Below are positions 59,847-64,000 of a DNA stretch of 64,000 bases, one piece after another. Both the position numbers and the translations under genes were made by a program. The stretch is taken from contig JABLTJ010000002.1 of assembly GCA_013166775.1 (NCBI GenBank), positions 153,891 through 217,890 of the forward strand, written 5' to 3'. Numbering within the stretch: the first letter of the stretch is position 1; each line of letters starts with the position of its first letter. The DNA is from Promethearchaeati archaeon. GTDB lineage: Archaea; Asgardarchaeota; Heimdallarchaeia; Heimdallarchaeales; Heimdallarchaeaceae. The notes under the pieces were generated by a model. The model worked only from the letters and a program-made list of their open reading frames with translations, was not told the origin of the DNA and did not search any database.

Positions 59847-60896
59847 CTACGTATCTACCAATTTTTTGAACGCATCTATAGTCCAATCTATTTTCATAGT
59901 TAAATCATCCATTTTTAAACTAGGATGAGCGACTGTTTCTTTTACCTCTTGTAATATTTCCAAGATGTATTTTACAAGCGAATTTCTAATCTTTAGGTTT
60001 TTCTTATCCAATCCATCTTCTTTAATTGGGTGTTCTACAGTTTCTAAATAAAGACCTAATTCATCTAAAGCAGCAAATCGAACAGAAATTGATTCATTAA
60101 ACATCATTTGCTTTTTTAACATCTCAATCACTGCTAAATGAATTTCCTTATTTTTTACTATAAATAAATCACTAGCTTCATAGATTATGTTTTTATTTAG
60201 ATAAGTATGATATGAGAGTGTTTTGAGACCTGCAATAACTACTCCATGATCTGCATCCTTCAACAGAACTAATATTTGTTGAAATTGTTCAGCAATGTGT
60301 TTTGGAAGAATCATCAAATCACTATCAAGAAGATATAAAAAACTTATACCGAAAATATCAACTATTGTCTTTTTAACTATTTTATTCTTAACTTCTAAAC
60401 TATCAACAAAAACATCATACAACGGCAAAAACCAAAGATCATCAGAATAATAAAATTCTTTAAGATCAGTAAAAATAAGATTTAAATCCTCTCTTAGTTT
60501 GTTTTCATCTATTTTTTCTTCTTTCAGATAAGCAGTAATAATTCTATTAATCCCTTCAGTTACATCATCAGTATATGAATGAATAGGACCATCCTCAACT
60601 AAAGTCTTAATTTTTAGAGGAAAATCTTTCCAATCGAGTTCTGGATTACTATATAGTTGTTCTAGGGAACCAAGAATCTTAACTAGAACCCTAACATCTT
60701 GATCATCTAGTGAATTGTATAATGGTTGAAGAACTTCTAAATCTGGGATTTTCCCAAGTGATATAGCAGCTTCTCTTCTATTTTGCCAGTGTTTATTTTT
60801 CAGTATTGATGATAATATATCGATACTTCTGTCATTTTCAAGTTTTGCGAAGTATTCTTTTGTTAGAGTCATCTTGAGTGATTCCTTTAAAAACAT
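59847..60896 (-). CDS. HEAT/PBS-lyase repeat protein
   Basis: WQNRREAAISLGKI...L..SLDDQDVRV, LLKDADHGVVIAGLKTL, VRFAALDEL. Confidence 0.75.
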   Translation of the reverse strand: MFLKESLKMTLTKEYFAKLENDRSIDILSSILKNKHWQNRREAAISLGKIPDLEVLQPLYNSLDDQDVRVLVKILGSLEQLYSNPELDWKDFPLKIKTLVEDGPIHSYTDDVTEGINRIITAYLKEEKIDENKLREDLNLIFTDLKEFYYSDDLWFLPLYDVFVDSLEVKNKIVKKTIVDIFGISFLYLLDSDLMILPKHIAEQFQQILVLLKDADHGVVIAGLKTLSYHTYLNKNIIYEASDLFIVKNKEIHLAVIEMLKKQMMFNESISVRFAALDELGLYLETVEHPIKEDGLDKKNLKIRNSLVKYILEILQEVKETVAHPSLKMDDLTMKIDWTIDAFKKLVDT

Positions 60897-61123
60897 AGAA
60901 TTTAATACTAATAAATTTTGAGAAGTAAAGATATAAATTTAATTTTATCACTAAGCTTTTTAAAATGATTACTCAAGTTATTTGATTAGAAATCTCTTAT
61001 TTTTTATTCACGAAAGATTTTTTCTGTAAAAAAAAACTATTATTATTTTTGTCGGTTTCGATAATGTGTTTAGAGGGCATGAAATCTAAAGAAACAACAG
61101 TTTTTAGAACATGTAAAATCAGG

Positions 61124-61165
61124 ATTCGAAAGATTCGAATAATTCGAAATATTCTTATAATCGAA
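61124..61165. repeat. Tandem ATTCGAA array (palindromic core TTCGAA), 9-bp period
   Basis: ATTCGAA at 61124, 61133 and 61142; partial ATTC at 61151; AATCGAA at 61159. Confidence 0.75.
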
Positions 61166-61207
61166 CATTCTAACCTATTTGTAGATATTGTCTAGATAAT
61201 TTCACTT

Positions 61208-62425
61208 GTGATTCTCATGGTTAATCTAGAAGAGATTGCACTGGAAGCATTTGAAAAAGGTAAAAAGGATATTTATTCTCCTCAGGATCCTTTTGTCGCT
61301 TTTGGTTTTGAAAACAATCCCTTCCTTGAGACACCCATGTCTCTTTTAAAAAACGAGTTTTTTCTAGAATCTAGAATCTTTAAAATTTCTACCTGTATTG
61401 CTAATGTTATTTCTAGTTTTGAAAACAAATTAAAAGAAACTAAAGGACCTGTTATACTAGATGGAATACTTTATGGATCTGCTCATTCTGGGATTTCCAC
61501 TCTATTAAAACTCGTTCATTCATTCTTATCAAAGGAATCACCTTTATTTTTTCTAGATGCTAAGGATTTTGTAGTTTTTGAAGAGGATAAGTATTCTATT
61601 TCTAAAACAATAAAGAATCTAAGAAAACTCCTAGGTAATTATGATATTGACAACAATGTTATTTCTCCTGTCGTCATTGATCATTCTGATTATTTAATTG
61701 ATTTTTTCGAAGATTTTAGGTCATCTTTTGAACGAGATTTTCCTTTAATGCCTATCATCTTTGTCTTCACCCATGCTGGTTGGACCAGACTCAAAACCGA
61801 TCTTTCATACACTAATTATAGTTTGTTAGAGAATGCTATTCAAAGCGTTATGATTGATCCTCTAAAAAATGATGAAGTTGCACAAATGTTATTTCATCAA
61901 TTATCTATTGATGGTTCCCTGCAAAATCCTTTTACAAACGATATCCTCACTTACATTGCTCAGAAATCAGTAGGCAATTTGAAAAACGCCATTAAACTTT
62001 GCGTTAAACTTTGTAGTGAATGTTATTATAGAGGTTTAGATACTATAACTGAATCCCTAGTTGATGAGCTAATATATTCTTTCGGTTTCCAAAGAATCAA
62101 GGAATTTTATGATTTAATTACAATGAAAAGCGGAGAAGATAGAATCATTAAGATTCTAACTTTAATTTCTTTAAAATCATTAGCTTATGATTCTGGTCTT
62201 TCCTATGATGAGATTTTTGAAAGTACTGATATTCCTAAAAATACTGCTACTCATTACTTAAAACAATTAAAGGAAAAGGAGTTTATAGATAGAAAATCAA
62301 TAGATAGAAAATCATATGCTAGTTTGAGGGACGAATTTAAAACTCTTGCAGATACATATCTTATCCAAAAATACGAACAAGGATCTAGATATGCAAAATT
62401 AGAAAAGATTACTTATTCAATATAA
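61208..62425 (+). CDS. Degenerate AAA+/STAND-like P-loop domain plus C-terminal winged helix
   Basis: FGFENNPF start motif, Walker A GSAHSGIST (no Lys), Walker B VVIDH, SVGNL lid motif, wHTH LSYDEI...KNTATHYLKQLKEKEFI. Confidence 0.7.
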   Translation: MILMVNLEEIALEAFEKGKKDIYSPQDPFVAFGFENNPFLETPMSLLKNEFFLESRIFKISTCIANVISSFENKLKETKGPVILDGILYGSAHSGISTLLKLVHSFLSKESPLFFLDAKDFVVFEEDKYSISKTIKNLRKLLGNYDIDNNVISPVVIDHSDYLIDFFEDFRSSFERDFPLMPIIFVFTHAGWTRLKTDLSYTNYSLLENAIQSVMIDPLKNDEVAQMLFHQLSIDGSLQNPFTNDILTYIAQKSVGNLKNAIKLCVKLCSECYYRGLDTITESLVDELIYSFGFQRIKEFYDLITMKSGEDRIIKILTLISLKSLAYDSGLSYDEIFESTDIPKNTATHYLKQLKEKEFIDRKSIDRKSYASLRDEFKTLADTYLIQKYEQGSRYAKLEKITYSI

Positions 62426-62908
62426 ACTATTCCAGAATAAAACACTTATCAGCTAATTTTTGAATTGCTACACTGAATCCCTAGTTGATGAAATAGGATA
62501 TTCTTTAAGTTTCCAAAGAATCAGGGAATTATATGATTTAGTTACTACAAAAGATAATACTCAAACAGAGATTTTGGCACTAATCGCAATTAAATCCATT
62601 GCTAATGATATTGGAGCTACGTATGAGGAAATCGTTGCTAATTCTGATGAAATCAGTACTAAGACTTCTGCTTCTCATCACCTCAAACAATTGGAAAATA
62701 AAAAGTATATTCTAAAGAGAACTGTCAATAGAAAGGCTTACTATAGATTACGTGAAGAACTAAAGTCTCTCGCAGATACTTATTTACTTCCTAGATTTGA
62801 ACAAAAGGACAAGTATGTCAGATTAGAGAGTGTTTCAGAATTAATGTAGAGCGAACTAGTTAAGAATAAAACAATTATCTGCTGATTTTTGAATTGCTAT
62901 ACTAAATC
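62048..62908. repeat. Diverged tandem duplication (~425-bp unit) covering the 3' ends of two convergent genes
   Basis: ACTGAATCCCTAGTTGATGA occurs at 62048 and 62472. The 46-bp segments 62434-62479 and 62863-62908 match at 41/46. Confidence 0.85.
62460..62849 (+). pseudogene. Orphan duplicate of the wHTH C-terminus of the upstream gene
   Basis: TESLVDE...FQRI.E.YDL...HLKQL...NRK.Y..LR.E.K.LADTYL is colinear with the last ~125 aa of 61208-62425. The TTG start lies inside the duplicated flank. Confidence 0.7.
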
Positions 62909-63053
62909 TAGGTTCAAATCCAACTACTGCAGTTTCAATTCCTTTTTCTTTTGCTTTCATTAAAATTGGACCTATTCTTGCATGTCGAGAAGCAATAACA
63001 ATTACAGTAACTTTTCCACTATCTTCAATAAGTATTATACGTTTTCTTATTTT
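62856..63053 (-). pseudogene. C-terminal remnant of a NYN-domain (LabA/DUF88, TIGR00288-like) protein
   Basis: Manual translation gives ...DSGKVTVIVIASRHARIGPILMKAKEKGIETAVVGFEPRFSIAIQKSADNCFILN*, with no in-frame start at the 5' end. Confidence 0.65.
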
Positions 63054-63091
63054 TCATTCCAACCTCTACTTTTACAATCATGATTTTTCAG

Positions 63092-64000
63092 TTAAATACG
63101 CTTATTTTTCATCCCCTTTTGCAGATATTTTGAGACAACTGCAAGAGAAATCAAACAGAGAATGAAATACAGAAGGTTTATTGGATTTTCAGTTGTGTTA
63201 TTTGTTGGTTGGAGAGTATTTCTGAATGTTAAAATGTAGGTCTCACTAGCTGTGATATTGAAATAATCTTTTACGATAATCGTAAGACTATGATTTCCAT
63301 CTTTATGTTTAGTTGTATCGATTGTTACTGTAATATATCCAAGAAAATCCACTATTCCTTCAGGGTCATATTCGTGTAGGATTAGGGATCCATCTAAGTA
63401 AACTGAAATATTAATCAAATGAGAAATGCTTAACGTTACAGTGAAGTGACCTGTTGCAATTCCCGATAGAGGTTGTGAAATAAAATTCTCATAAAAATGT
63501 GGTTCTATATACAGTGGGAGTACAGATCTATAAAACCAAAACGTTTTATTAAAATTGGTTTGCGGAAGAGTTGATGTAAACTTAAATAATAGTCTATGCA
63601 TAGTATAATTAATTGAAACAGGTTCGATCATAATTTTTACAGTAAGATCATCAATCCAAGAGAAATTTTCATTGGTCAAGGAGTATTTTTCAGTTGAATA
63701 GAAATATTTTATTTCTATTTCTAATGTACTGTTTCTTTCATTAAATGAAGCAAATAAAGTTATTTGCTCATTTAAACTATAACATGGTATAAAAGATTCA
63801 TTATAACCATAAGGTATTACAAAATTAGTTTCATATGATGCATTATGAACTATATCTATAGAGATTAAGGGGAAATAACTAAAAAAAATTGTTGAAACTA
63901 TTTTGTTATCATTATATTCTGCTAATCCAGTTAGATTATAGGTACCTCTATATTCTATTGGCAGCTCTGTTTCATTAATTAAATTATCATATTCAGTTCC
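63092..64000 (-). CDS. 3' part of a C-terminally anchored surface protein with an Ig-like domain, entering from the window edge
   Basis: The frame of the 63092-63679 ORF stays open to base 64000. IDTT...DGNHSLTIIVKD is Ig-like; C-terminal NP-TM-basic tail. Confidence 0.75.
   Translation of the reverse strand, partial: GTEYDNLINETELPIEYRGTYNLTGLAEYNDNKIVSTIFFSYFPLISIDIVHNASYETNFVIPYGYNESFIPCYSLNEQITLFASFNERNSTLEIEIKYFYSTEKYSLTNENFSWIDDLTVKIMIEPVSINYTMHRLLFKFTSTLPQTNFNKTFWFYRSVLPLYIEPHFYENFISQPLSGIATGHFTVTLSISHLINISVYLDGSLILHEYDPEGIVDFLGYITVTIDTTKHKDGNHSLTIIVKDYFNITASETYILTFRNTLQPTNNTTENPINLLYFILCLISLAVVSKYLQKGMKNKRI

Noticed and set aside
61124-61165. Eukaryotic heat-shock element
   Set aside because: The spacing does not fit alternating nGAAn pentamers, and it is not upstream of dnaK.
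62434-62908. 46-bp direct repeats as IS ends or CRISPR repeats
   Set aside because: Only two copies 429 bp apart and no transposase or cas gene. They are duplicated NYN 3' coding ends.
62911-62932. GGTTCAAATCC resembling a tRNA T-loop or att site
   Set aside because: The T-stem does not pair and there is no upstream cloverleaf. The sequence is the reverse complement of the V-G-F-E-P codons of the NYN remnant.

Overview
This is a gene-dense, AT-rich archaeal chromosomal segment, most consistent with an Asgard (Heimdallarchaeia-like) archaeon. That assignment is inferred from a type II MetAP, a DUF61 protein, a TrmB-like protein, GGTGA ribosome-binding sites, an MglA-type GTPase, a ParM/Ta0583-like actin and several C-terminally anchored surface proteins. 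Housekeeping and metabolic genes include a non-pyrrolysine MttB, a heterodimeric ABC exporter, a sugar ABC importer with a fused MalF-MalG permease, a CaCA antiporter, rocD, class I gap, map, an M24 peptidase, dnaK-dnaJ, PhzF, psd-pssA and an FtsX/LolD-type ABC system. The best candidate for an undescribed system is the tightly coupled operon at 24.5-31.6 kb. It encodes a P-loop ATPase with SNAP/TPR-like helical repeats, a proline-free ~484-aa all-helical protein, and a TrmB-like protein split by a ~1040-aa helical insert whose Gly-Pro break lies exactly at the midpoint (an SMC/Rad50-like fold-back rod). A second candidate is the actin-like ATPase / wHTH-like protein / MglA-like GTPase cluster at 46.4-49.2 kb. 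The 56.7-64 kb end is unstable: it has an in-frame stop, gene remnants, a TTCGAA array before an inactivated AAA-wHTH gene, and a diverged ~425-bp tandem duplication. I found no rRNA, tRNA, CRISPR array or transposase. All family assignments come from motif recognition by eye, not database searches.
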